DNA of 61,094 nt, the filler included. It is 4 parts of 4 records of this genome, joined end to end, with 100 filler letters (N's around TTAATTAATTAA, not from the genome) between each part and the next. Parts side by side here need not be neighbours in the genome. Positions count along the whole stretch, not along the records: positions 18,364 to 42,133 come from DRR723986_6728; positions 42,234 to 50,740 come from DRR723986_6731; 2 more parts are not named here. One strand, 5' to 3'. The notes under the pieces were generated by a model that saw only the letters and a program-made list of their open reading frames with translations, did not search any database and had not been told where the DNA came from. The position numbers were made by a program, and so were the translations under genes. Positions within the stretch are counted from its first letter, which is position 1. Every line of letters starts with the position of its first letter. Positions 42,010 to 50,740 of the stretch are shown here, piece after piece.

Positions 42010-42037
42010 TAAGATCAAAATAAAAGAAGACAAAAAG

Positions 42038-42057
42038 TGGGACAAATCCTGGGACAA
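42038..42057. repeat. TGGGACAA direct repeat pair
   Basis: TGGGACAA at 42038 and 42050. Confidence 0.7.
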
Positions 42058-42133
42058 TTTGAATTAAATGGAATCAATTTCTATCCACAACATGCATACA
42101 AGACCCTATAAAACACAAAAAGTTGACCGTAAA

Positions 42134-42233
42134 NNNNNNNNNNNNNNNNNNNNNNNNNNNNNNNNNNNNNNNNNNNNTTAATTAATTAANNNNNNNNNNN
42201 NNNNNNNNNNNNNNNNNNNNNNNNNNNNNNNNN
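42134..42233. other. Artificial contig linker
   Basis: N-run, TTAATTAATTAA, N-run; sharp rise in GC after it. Confidence 0.99.
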
Positions 42234-42395
42234 CACGATCAGGCTGGACATGCCGTCATGCACCGGCCCCGACAGGAAGATGATCCGCTCCTTCAGCAAG
42301 CGCGAGAAGATGTCATAGGCGCGCTCGCCCCGGCTGGTCTGTTCGACCACCATCGGAACCAGCGTGTTCATGTAAACGTCATATGGGTCTTTCAT
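42234..42395 (-). CDS. clpP: ATP-dependent Clp protease proteolytic subunit, 5' part
   Basis: [30 protein letters not shown]. Confidence 0.95.
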
Positions 42396-42532
42396 CGGGC
42401 CTGCCTCAGGTAAGGGTACATGCTTTGAAGGGGAGGTTATGGCCGCCCCATGGGGACTGCAAGGGGGGCTGGACCATGAAATAACCCCCGATCGGCGCGT
42501 TTCAATCCCGCCAACGGGTCGTTGCCGGGTCG

Positions 42533-44848
42533 TTACCGGCTGGCCAGCCACATCGTAGCCCCCCACCGGGGCAGAAGAACCATATCGTCACAGGGGTCCA
42601 GCGCCGTCAGATCATCCGATGCACCGGCCACATCCCGGACGCCGTTTTCGAACGGCAACAGGCGGCAGGCGGTCTGGAACAGGTCGCCGGTCAGCGGTTG
42701 GATCGCCCAGACCCTCTGTTCGCCATTGCTGTCCCAGGAAATGATGTGATCGCCCGAGGGCGTGAAGTCAGCGGCCACATAAGTGACCAACCCGTCGCGG
42801 GCATGGGCGAAGGTGTAAAGCGGCAATCCGGTCTGCGCATCCCAGACATAGACCTGCCCGTCATCGGCCCCCGTGACCAGCAACCGCTCATCGGGGCTGA
42901 GCGCCATGGAGGTGACGAACCCGTCATGTGCCAGCCGCTCATTGTAGAAGGGCGGCGCGTCCTCTGCCACATGGCTCAGGCGCAGCACGTCGGGCTGATT
43001 TGGCAGGATGCTGATGCGAAGACCTGTCGCCGCCAGTTCCATCGCAGCCGCATTGCGCCCGGCATCCGATGTCGAGACGACCGCCTCGGTCATCGCGTCC
43101 GAGATCGCAGGCACCGAATGGCCGGTCGAAACGTCAAAAAACCGCATGACCCCGGCAGCGTCATGGGTCATCACCGCATTACCCGTCGGCGAGAAATGCA
43201 CCGTATGGACCGGGCTGCGGTGGCCCAGAAGGGTGATCAGGCTTTTGCCGGTCGGCACGTCATGGATGCGCGCCCGGTTGTCAGAGGCCCCGACCGCCAA
43301 CCGCAAGCCATCCGGCGACAGGCCGATCCCCAGGATGTCGACCCCATCGAGATAGAGGGCACTTGGCGGCAATATCGCGTCGAACGTCGTCAGATCCCAA
43401 ACCCCGGCGATATTGCCAGTGGTTGCGGCGACGGTGCTGCCATCGGCAGAGACATCCATCGCCTCGACCGGGCCCGGCATCCGCAGCCGGTGGATCAGCC
43501 CCATGGCCCGCCCGTTCAGCGCCGGGACAAGGTCGATCACCCGCACTTCATCGCCGACCGTGGCGATCAGACGGGCGCTGCCGGGCACAAACGCCAGGAA
43601 CGTCACGCCCTCGCCAAGATTGAGCGTGGGGCGCAGGGAACGGCCAGACACCAGTGAATGAAAATGCAGCTCATTTGCTTCGGTCGCCACGACCAGCGTG
43701 TCGCCGCCGGGTGACAGCGCCGCCGAAAGAACCCCGTCGCTGCTCTGAAAGGGCAGGCCGTCAACGGCGCCCTCGCGCGGGTTCCAGACAGTCACCCGGC
43801 TGTCGCGGATCAGCAGAAAGCGCCCCCTGTCATAGAGGATATGCGGGGCACTGTCGGAACTGGGCATGGCAAGCTCGCCCTCGATAACCGCGCCGGTTTC
43901 AGGGTCGAACACCGCGCCGGAACCGTCGGTTGCCACGGTCACGACATGGCCCGAGCCCGGCAGGAACTCGACAAAATGGGCCGGCGCATCCGGCAAGGTC
44001 ACCGTCGCGCGAAGACGCTGACCCTGAATGGTCTGGCCAAGCGTTTCCAGCACCTCCAGCCAGGCGTCGGAGGCACGGCACAAGCTGAAATCGACCAGCG
44101 GCAGGATATTCTGGATCGCCCGCACCGGATCCAGCGTCTGCGCCTCGCGGGCCCGGGTCCGCAGCTCTTCGCATTGCTGGTTGCTGACCCAGAAGAACCC
44201 GCCGACCAAGGCCGCGCAGATGGTGAGGGTAGTGGCCACGGCGCTGCCGATCTGGAACCATTTCCGTCGGGACATGCCGGCCTTGAAATAGCGCCAGTGG
44301 TCGCGCGTCGGCCCCGGCGCGCCGCGCGGATGGCGTTCGATCCAGCGGCGCATGGCGCGCAGTTCCGCACCGCGCGGCGGGGCCCCTACCCCGCCGAGGA
44401 ACCGCGCCGCCTGTTCGCCAAAGCGTGTATGATCACGGATCCATTCGATATCCCGGTCGAGCGCGGTGTCCAGCCGTTCAATCGCCTGCGACCATTCCCC
44501 GTCCTCGCCATAGAACCGCAGATAGTTGATTTCCCGGATTTCGGGCGGCAGATCTGGGCCCACATCCTCGAAGGCGGCGGGGACGATGCGTTTGTTCAGT
44601 TCCAGAGCGAACTGCATTTCCATCCGGCAGGCGGGCGACGTGATCCAGTTCGGCCCCAGAACCAGCACCACCACATCCGAGCCCTGCATCATGTCGCGGA
44701 TGCGGGCGGTGATCAGCTCGGTTTCCAGAATACCTTCGCGGTCGATGAAAACCTCGTGCCCGCGCGCGCGCAGTTCATCCCACAGGAAATCTGCCCGATC
44801 CCTGTCCTTGTGAGAATAGGAGATGAAGATTCGCGAACGTTGGGTCAT
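42533..44848 (-). CDS. TIR domain - transmembrane helix - WD40 repeat protein
   Basis: [21 protein letters not shown] (catalytic Glu position); hydrophobic [25 protein letters not shown]; repeats such as [15 protein letters not shown] and [30 protein letters not shown]. Confidence 0.9.
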   Translation of the reverse strand: MTQRSRIFISYSHKDRDRADFLWDELRARGHEVFIDREGILETELITARIRDMMQGSDVVVLVLGPNWITSPACRMEMQFALELNKRIVPAAFEDVGPDLPPEIREINYLRFYGEDGEWSQAIERLDTALDRDIEWIRDHTRFGEQAARFLGGVGAPPRGAELRAMRRWIERHPRGAPGPTRDHWRYFKAGMSRRKWFQIGSAVATTLTICAALVGGFFWVSNQQCEELRTRAREAQTLDPVRAIQNILPLVDFSLCRASDAWLEVLETLGQTIQGQRLRATVTLPDAPAHFVEFLPGSGHVVTVATDGSGAVFDPETGAVIEGELAMPSSDSAPHILYDRGRFLLIRDSRVTVWNPREGAVDGLPFQSSDGVLSAALSPGGDTLVVATEANELHFHSLVSGRSLRPTLNLGEGVTFLAFVPGSARLIATVGDEVRVIDLVPALNGRAMGLIHRLRMPGPVEAMDVSADGSTVAATTGNIAGVWDLTTFDAILPPSALYLDGVDILGIGLSPDGLRLAVGASDNRARIHDVPTGKSLITLLGHRSPVHTVHFSPTGNAVMTHDAAGVMRFFDVSTGHSVPAISDAMTEAVVSTSDAGRNAAAMELAATGLRISILPNQPDVLRLSHVAEDAPPFYNERLAHDGFVTSMALSPDERLLVTGADDGQVYVWDAQTGLPLYTFAHARDGLVTYVAADFTPSGDHIISWDSNGEQRVWAIQPLTGDLFQTACRLLPFENGVRDVAGASDDLTALDPCDDMVLLPRWGATMWLASR

Positions 44849-45049
44849 GTCAGGCCATCAAGCCCTGCCGAAGCTGAAAAATCCACCCCTGCCGGGTTGC
44901 GGATCTGCCCTGATTCTGGGCGAAAAGCTGCGTTTCCGAGACCTGTACCGGACAGGCATGGGGGCTTACCCCTTCCGAGATTATAAAATATTCCGTTCAT
45001 TTTCAACACGTTGTCCATGGCAGGGCCAGAAAATGCCCCGGAAGGTAAT

Positions 45050-45094
45050 TTAGTGTGTTTACAACACATATTGTAAGTGTCATAACGACAATAC
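45050..45094. promoter_or_regulatory. Tandem NrtR-type operators overlapping a sigma70-like promoter
   Basis: GTGT-gtttaca-ACAC (45053-45067) and TGTC-ataac-GACA (45078-45090), both GT-N7-AC; TTTACA-N17-CATAAC on + strand. Confidence 0.7.
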
Positions 45095-45275
45095 GAACTG
45101 ACACCAAAGATATAACCAGCCATCCCTACCATAAGAAAGACCAGATCAAGACCTTTTCCCCAGACCTTTTTCCTCCCTCCCCTTTCCTCCCCCAAAGACG
45201 ATCCGTCCTATCCCTGTCCCCATGAACTGGATCGTCCGGCCGGCCCCTTCTGTCCCAGGGGGCCGGCCAATTTGC
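45093..45275 (+). ncRNA. Candidate small RNA with C-rich tract and two CUGUCCC-loop hairpins
   Basis: Promoter upstream; CCTCCCTCCCC tract; stems 45197-45236 and 45238-45268; no credible ORF. Confidence 0.5.
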
Positions 45276-45309
45276 TTGACGACACACAGACAGTGTGTGA
45301 CGTTTACAC
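45276..45309 (+). promoter_or_regulatory. Putative nrtR promoter with autoregulatory operator
   Basis: TTGACG at 45276; GTGT-gacgttt-ACAC at 45295-45309. Confidence 0.55.
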
Positions 45310-45376
45310 CATCCAATCAGCCCCGGGACGGGTCGTTATTTGAAAGGGCCGGACAGATACCGGCAAACGGGCAGAC

Positions 45377-46036
45377 ATGAGTTTTACATATGAATATCCG
45401 CATCCCGCGGTCACGGCAGACATCTGTATTTTCTCGATCCGCGAAGGCACCCTCAAGGTGCTGCTGATCCAGCGCCTGATTGACCCGTTCAAGGACAGTT
45501 GGGCCATCCCCGGCGGCTTTATCAAGATGGACGAAGACCTAGTGGTCGGTGCCGCACGTGAACTGGAAGAAGAAACCGGCGTCAAGGACGTGCCGCTGGA
45601 ACAGCTCGGGGCCTATGGCATGCCCGACCGCGACCCGCGCGAACGGGTGATTACCGTGGCCTTCATGGCACTTGTGCCGTCCGACCAGATGGTGCTGGCC
45701 GCCGCCACCGACGCGGCCGACGCGCAGTGGTTCGACATGGACGAACTGCCCCCTCTGGCCTTCGACCATGACAAGATCCTCGCCGACGCCCGCGCGCGCC
45801 TGGCCGACAAGGTGACCAACCGCGTCACCGAAACCGCGAAATCCGCGTTCCAGTTCCTGCCACAGAAATTCACGCTGGCGCAGGCACAGGCGGTGTTCGA
45901 GACCCTGAAGGGCGAACCGCTGGACAAACGCAATTTCCGCAAGTGGATCGCCGCGAACTGGGATCTGATCGACCTGAAGGAAAAGACCTCGGGTGGGCGG
46001 CACCGGCCCGCCGCACTCTATTCCGTCGATTTCTGA
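45377..46036 (+). CDS. nrtR: NrtR-family Nudix-related transcriptional regulator
   Basis: Nudix box G-FIKMD-E-DLVVGAA-RELEEETGV, RDPRER, LAFDH, C-terminal wHTH with DKRNFRK and GGRHRPAALY. Confidence 0.9.
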   Translation: MSFTYEYPHPAVTADICIFSIREGTLKVLLIQRLIDPFKDSWAIPGGFIKMDEDLVVGAARELEEETGVKDVPLEQLGAYGMPDRDPRERVITVAFMALVPSDQMVLAAATDAADAQWFDMDELPPLAFDHDKILADARARLADKVTNRVTETAKSAFQFLPQKFTLAQAQAVFETLKGEPLDKRNFRKWIAANWDLIDLKEKTSGGRHRPAALYSVDF

Positions 46037-46041
46037 AAAAA

Positions 46042-46070
46042 TGGCCCCGGTGCATGCGCGCCGGGGCCGA
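46042..46070. terminator. GC-rich hairpin after nrtR
   Basis: GGCCCCGG...CCGGGGCC with AAAAA upstream. Confidence 0.55.
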
Positions 46071-46163
46071 ATGACGCGCCAGGGCCGGGAGAGGAGCCCT
46101 GCGCGGATCCGCATCAAATGCGAATCTCAGCTACAGGTTTAACAACCGCAGGTTTTACGCACT

Positions 46164-46177
46164 CTGATCTGGATCAA
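46164..46177. promoter_or_regulatory. FNR/Dnr-type box
   Basis: CTGAT-ctgg-ATCAA, one mismatch to TTGAT-N4-ATCAA, about 55 nt before the Rrf2 start. Confidence 0.6.
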
Positions 46178-46229
46178 GGTACGTTTTCCGATTGTGCATA
46201 TGGTCCACGCATCAAAAGGACTATTGCAG

Positions 46230-46673
46230 ATGCGTCTGACCGTCAGAACAAATATCGCCATGCGCGCGCTGATGACCTGCGCGGTGAACCCCGGCAAGAT
46301 CGTCCGCAAGGCCGAGATCGCAGAGGCCACCGGCGCATCTGAGGCGCATTTGGGCGTGGTGATCAACCAGTTGGCACAGACCGGGTTCATTGAAACGATC
46401 CGTGGCCGTCATGGTGGCATCCGCCTGCGCCTGCCCCCCGAGGATATCAGCGTCGGCCGTGTCTTTCGCACCTTCGAGGCCAACACGCCCTTCGCCGAGT
46501 GCTTTTCGGCCCGCGACAATCATTGCCCGATTGCACCTGTCTGCAAGCTGCGCAATTCGCTCAATGCAGCGCTGGAGGCGTTTTATACCTCGCTTGATGC
46601 GGTCAGCCTGAACGATCTGACCTGCAACAATGCCGGGCTCGAACGGCTGCTGTCGCTCGAACCCACCTGCTGA
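46230..46673 (+). CDS. Rrf2 family regulator (NsrR-like, three Cys)
   Basis: MRLTVRTNIAMRAL, RGRHGG, ECF..NHCPIAPVCKL; SD AAAGGA. Confidence 0.9.
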   Translation: MRLTVRTNIAMRALMTCAVNPGKIVRKAEIAEATGASEAHLGVVINQLAQTGFIETIRGRHGGIRLRLPPEDISVGRVFRTFEANTPFAECFSARDNHCPIAPVCKLRNSLNAALEAFYTSLDAVSLNDLTCNNAGLERLLSLEPTC

Positions 46674-48413
46674 TCAGTCCGCCGCCGTCGAGGCGTCTTT
46701 GCCCACCACCGGGCCCAGTTCCATCATCGCAGCGTATTGCGACAGGAAGACCTTACCGGTCAGCTCTTGCAGGAAATGCGCGCGTTTCAGTCGGTCCATG
46801 ACCGGGCCTTTCACCTCGGACAGGTGCAGCGCGATGCCCATGGAGCCCAACCGGTGATTGATCGCCTCCAGCGATTCCAGCGCCGACATGTCGACCTCGT
46901 TCACGGCCGAGAACATCAGGACCACATGTTTGATGCCCTCTGCTCCCACGACCCGGTCGAGGATGTAATCCTCCAGGTATCGTGCATTGGCGAAATAGAG
47001 GCTCTCATCCACGCGCAGCGTCACCATCGCGGGGTTGGTCAGCACCTTGTAGCGGTTGATATTGCGGAAATGCTCGGACCCATCCTGCATCAGCCCGACC
47101 TCTGCGATATGGGGCCGCGAGGTTTTATAGAGATAAAGCGCGATGGACAGAAGTACGCCCGCCGACACGCCAATTTCCACCCCCGCCAGCAAGGTCAGCA
47201 GGATCGTGGCAGCCACGGCGAAGAAATCGGCCTTGGAATAGGCCCAGGTCTTTTTCAGGATCGAGAAATCCACAAGCGACAGCACCGCCACGATGATCGT
47301 TGCCGCCAGCGTCGCCTTGGGCAGAAAGAATATCAGCGGCGTCAGGGCCAGCGCCGCAATTGCCAGACCCACGGCGGTATAGGCCCCCGCAGCGGGCGTT
47401 TCAGCGCCTGCGTCGTAGTTCACGACAGAGCGCGAAAAGCCGCCAGTGACCGGGAAACCACCGGTGAAGGCCGCGCCGATATTGGCGGCACCCAGCCCGA
47501 TCAGTTCCTGATCCGGGTCGATGCGCTGCCGTTTCTTTGCCGCCAGCGTCTGTGCCACGGAAATGGATTCCACGAAGCCGATGACCGAGATCAGCAGCGC
47601 CGGAACTGCAAGGGCGCGGATCAGGTCGAGGTCAAAGGACGGCATGGTCAAAGGCGGCAGGCTTTGCGGCACCTCGCCCACGATCGACACCCCCTGCCCG
47701 TTCAGGCCGAACAGCCAGACAACAGCCGTTGTCACCATGACAGCGGCCACCGGCCCGGCCTTCGCGGCAACATCTGCCATCGCCGGGGACAGGCCCAGTT
47801 TGCGCAACGCAGGCTTCAGCCCCTTGCGCACCCAGAACAGAAACGCCGTGGCCGTGACGCCGATAACAAGCGTGTAAAGGTTCGTCTCGGGCAGGTGATG
47901 CCACAGCGATTCCACCAGTTCCAACAGGTTGTGCCCGCCTGCCTGCACGCCCAGAATGTGCTTTAGCTGGCTGGCTGCAATGATCACGCCCGATGCGGTG
48001 ATGAAGCCCGCAATCACCGGGTGCGACAGGAAATTCGCCAGAAAGCCAAGCCGGAACACCCCCATGGCCAGAAGGATCGCACCGGAAAGCCCCGCCAGCG
48101 TCAGGGCGGCAATGGCATAGCCCGCCGTCCCAGCCTCGGCGATCTGGCCGATAGAGGCCGCCGTCATCAGCGACACCACGGCAACCGGCCCCACGGCCAG
48201 CGCGCGGGACGTGCCGAAAATGGCATAGAGGATGATCGGCGCGATCGAAGCGTAGAGCCCCATTTCGGGCGGCAAGCCCGCCAGCAGAGCGTAGGCCAGT
48301 GACTGCGGGATCAGCATGATCGTGACGATCACGGCGGCGATCAGGTCGTTCGACAGGGCCTGCTTGTTGTAGGTCCGGCCCCAGTCGAGAATGGGCAGAT
48401 AGCGGGCGAGCAT
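46674..48413 (-). CDS. SulP family anion transporter with STAS domain
   Basis: IPQSLAYALLAGLPP, GGFSRS, LYFANA, LSEVKGPVMD. Confidence 0.95.
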   Translation of the reverse strand: MLARYLPILDWGRTYNKQALSNDLIAAVIVTIMLIPQSLAYALLAGLPPEMGLYASIAPIILYAIFGTSRALAVGPVAVVSLMTAASIGQIAEAGTAGYAIAALTLAGLSGAILLAMGVFRLGFLANFLSHPVIAGFITASGVIIAASQLKHILGVQAGGHNLLELVESLWHHLPETNLYTLVIGVTATAFLFWVRKGLKPALRKLGLSPAMADVAAKAGPVAAVMVTTAVVWLFGLNGQGVSIVGEVPQSLPPLTMPSFDLDLIRALAVPALLISVIGFVESISVAQTLAAKKRQRIDPDQELIGLGAANIGAAFTGGFPVTGGFSRSVVNYDAGAETPAAGAYTAVGLAIAALALTPLIFFLPKATLAATIIVAVLSLVDFSILKKTWAYSKADFFAVAATILLTLLAGVEIGVSAGVLLSIALYLYKTSRPHIAEVGLMQDGSEHFRNINRYKVLTNPAMVTLRVDESLYFANARYLEDYILDRVVGAEGIKHVVLMFSAVNEVDMSALESLEAINHRLGSMGIALHLSEVKGPVMDRLKRAHFLQELTGKVFLSQYAAMMELGPVVGKDASTAAD

Positions 48414-48445
48414 GGCTCACACCTTTCGAGACAATAGTTTCGTCA

Positions 48446-48497
48446 GGATCGCGGAGCGCAGCTCCGCGATCCGGTCGCGACCCTGCGGGTCGCGATC
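48446..48497. repeat. Paired REP-like palindromes
   Basis: GGATCGCGGAGC-gca-GCTCCGCGATCC followed immediately by GGTCGCGACCC-tgc-GGGTCGCGATC. Confidence 0.75.
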
Positions 48498-48523
48498 CTT
48501 GGGATCATAGGCGGGTCAGAGGA

Positions 48524-50197
48524 TCAGCCGGCGCTGACCTTCTCGGGTTTCACCATCCATTCACGGCCACGCAACATGGCCTTCCAGTAAACGGGTGGCA
48601 GCAGTTTTTCCTTCAGGAACCACGACAGGCCCGACGGTTTCGTGCCGTCTATCAGCCATTTCGGGAACGAGGGCAGCAGCGCCCCGCCATAGCCGAACTC
48701 CGCCAGAACGATCTTGCCGCGTTCCACCGTCAGCGGGCAGGAGCCATAACCATTATAGATCATCGACGGCGACTTCCCGTCGATATCATCGGCAAGGTTC
48801 TGTGCCACGATGGGAGCCTGCATCCGCGCCGCCGCCGCCGTCTTGGCATTGGGGGCGTTCATGACGTCACCAAGCGACCAGATGTTGTCATAGGTCTTGT
48901 GGCGCAGCGTCGCCTGATCCACATCGACCCAGCCACCGGCATCGGCCAAAGGCGAGACGCGAATGAAATCGGGCGCGGTCTGCGGCGGGCAGACATGCAT
49001 CATGTCGAACTCGACCGTGACTTCGGTCGGATCGGTATCGGGCTTGGCCACCTTGAACGTGGCCTTTTTCGCCTCGCCATCCACCGAAACCAGATTGTGG
49101 AAGAAGTTCAGGTCGGCATCGTATTTCTCGATGTATTTCTCCAGCGCCGGGACATAGTCCTTGACGCCGAACAGCACCCCGCCCGCATTCATGAACTGAA
49201 TGTCGATATCCTTTAGCGTGCCATTGCGGAACCAGTGATCGCCTGACAGATACAGCGCCTTTTGCGGGGCACCGGCGCATTTGATCGGCATCGGCGGCTG
49301 CGTGAACAGCGCCCGGCCTTCCTTGAGACCCTGAACAAGCTCCCACGTGTAGGGTGCCAGATCGTAGCGATAGTTCGAGGTCACGCCGTTCTTGCCGAGC
49401 GTTTCCACCAGACCGTCAACCTTGTGCCAGTCGAGCTTGATGCCCGGACAGACGACAAGCCGCTTGTAGCCCACGACCCGACAGCCATCGAGGATGACAA
49501 CGTTGTCCTTGGGCTCAAACGCCGCGACGGCGGACTTGATCCAGTGGACGCCCTTGGGGATCAGGCTGCCCATGGTCTTGGCAGTGTCGGCCGCGTCAAA
49601 GATACCGCCGCCCACCATCGTCCAGCCGGGCTGGTAATAGTGAATGTCGGCGGGGTCGATGATGGCGATCTCCAGATCCGGCTTGCGCGATTTCAGCGAC
49701 GAGGCGGTCGAGATCCCCGCCGCACCGCCACCCACGATCACCACGTCATAGCTGGCATCGGCCCGATCCGTGGGCGTCTTGCCACCATTGACGATGCGGC
49801 GAACAACGCCCGCCATGTCATAGCCCGCCGCCTTGGTCGAGGCGAGGATGTCAGAGACCGGCAGCGTATCGGCCTGGCTGAGCGACCAGAGCGTCGCGCA
49901 GCGCGTGCCGGTCCGGCAATAGGCGAAAACGGGCTTCGGCAGCTCATCCATCGCTTTACCGAAGGCCTCGGAATCTTCGTCCGTCACCCGGCCCGACACC
50001 ACGGGCAGATAGCGAAATTCGAGACCTGCCGCCTTGGCCGCCGCTTCGATCTCATCACTCGTGGGCTGATCGGCCCCTTCGCCGTCAGGCCGGTTGCAGA
50101 TCACCGAACGAAAGCCCTGATCCGCAACGCGGCGCATTTCTTCCGCCGTGACCTGCGGACTGACCGAGATCGTGGCGTTGATGGTCTTGATTTCCAT
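48524..50197 (-). CDS. sqr: DUF442/TIGR01244 sulfurtransferase fused to type II sulfide:quinone oxidoreductase
   Basis: ICNRPDGE, YCRTGTR; then GGGAAG, YQPGWT, KCAGAPQK, YNGYGSCP, LAEF. Confidence 0.92.
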   Translation of the reverse strand: MEIKTINATISVSPQVTAEEMRRVADQGFRSVICNRPDGEGADQPTSDEIEAAAKAAGLEFRYLPVVSGRVTDEDSEAFGKAMDELPKPVFAYCRTGTRCATLWSLSQADTLPVSDILASTKAAGYDMAGVVRRIVNGGKTPTDRADASYDVVIVGGGAAGISTASSLKSRKPDLEIAIIDPADIHYYQPGWTMVGGGIFDAADTAKTMGSLIPKGVHWIKSAVAAFEPKDNVVILDGCRVVGYKRLVVCPGIKLDWHKVDGLVETLGKNGVTSNYRYDLAPYTWELVQGLKEGRALFTQPPMPIKCAGAPQKALYLSGDHWFRNGTLKDIDIQFMNAGGVLFGVKDYVPALEKYIEKYDADLNFFHNLVSVDGEAKKATFKVAKPDTDPTEVTVEFDMMHVCPPQTAPDFIRVSPLADAGGWVDVDQATLRHKTYDNIWSLGDVMNAPNAKTAAAARMQAPIVAQNLADDIDGKSPSMIYNGYGSCPLTVERGKIVLAEFGYGGALLPSFPKWLIDGTKPSGLSWFLKEKLLPPVYWKAMLRGREWMVKPEKVSAG

Positions 50198-50220
50198 GGT
50201 CTTCCCTTCCCTGTCCGGTC

Positions 50221-50740
50221 TTACAATGCGTTGACCGGCACCTTGAGCATCGGGTTGCCGTCCTTGTCGGTCGGAACCGCGCCCGCGCGCATATTCACCT
50301 GCAAGGAGGGGATGATCAGCTTGGGCATGTCAAGCTGTGCGTCACGCTCGGTGCGGAACTTGACGAATTCTTCCTTGGACTTGCCGCCGCCTACATGGAT
50401 GTTATGCGCCTTTTCCTCGCCCACGGTGGTTTCCCACGCGATGTCGCGGCCATTGGGGCCGTAGTCATGGCACATGAACAGACGCATGTCATCGGGCAGG
50501 GCCAGAACCTTCTGGATCGAGTCAAAGAGCGTTCCCGCATCACCACCGGGGAAGTCAGCGCGTGCGGACCCGCCATCGGGCATGAACAGGGTGTCGCCCA
50601 CGAAAGCGGCATCGCCCATCACATGCACCATGCAGGCCGGGGTATGGCCGGGGGTATACATGGCGAAGGCCTGCATATTGCCGATCATATAGGTGTCGCC
50701 TTCAACAAAAAGCTTGTCGAACTGGCTGCCGTCGCGCTGG
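50221..50740 (-). CDS. MBL-fold persulfide dioxygenase, 3' part
   Basis: TPGHTPAC, GDTLFMPDGGSARADFPGG, CHDY, PSLQVNMRAG; 5' end cut by linker. Confidence 0.9.

Noticed and set aside
41491-44848. Fic plus TIR as one defence island
   Set aside because: They lie on different contigs from different phyla.
42698-44986. Long + strand ORFs (319 aa, 381 aa) opposite the TIR-WD40 gene
   Set aside because: Antisense shadows typical of GC-rich coding DNA; no motifs.
44845-45195. 116-aa minus-strand ORF in the TIR-nrtR spacer
   Set aside because: Non-ATG start, atypical codon use, overlaps operators and promoter; not fully excluded.
46737-50464. 409-aa and 400-aa + strand ORFs opposite sulP and sqr
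   Set aside because: Shadow ORFs of well-supported minus-strand genes.
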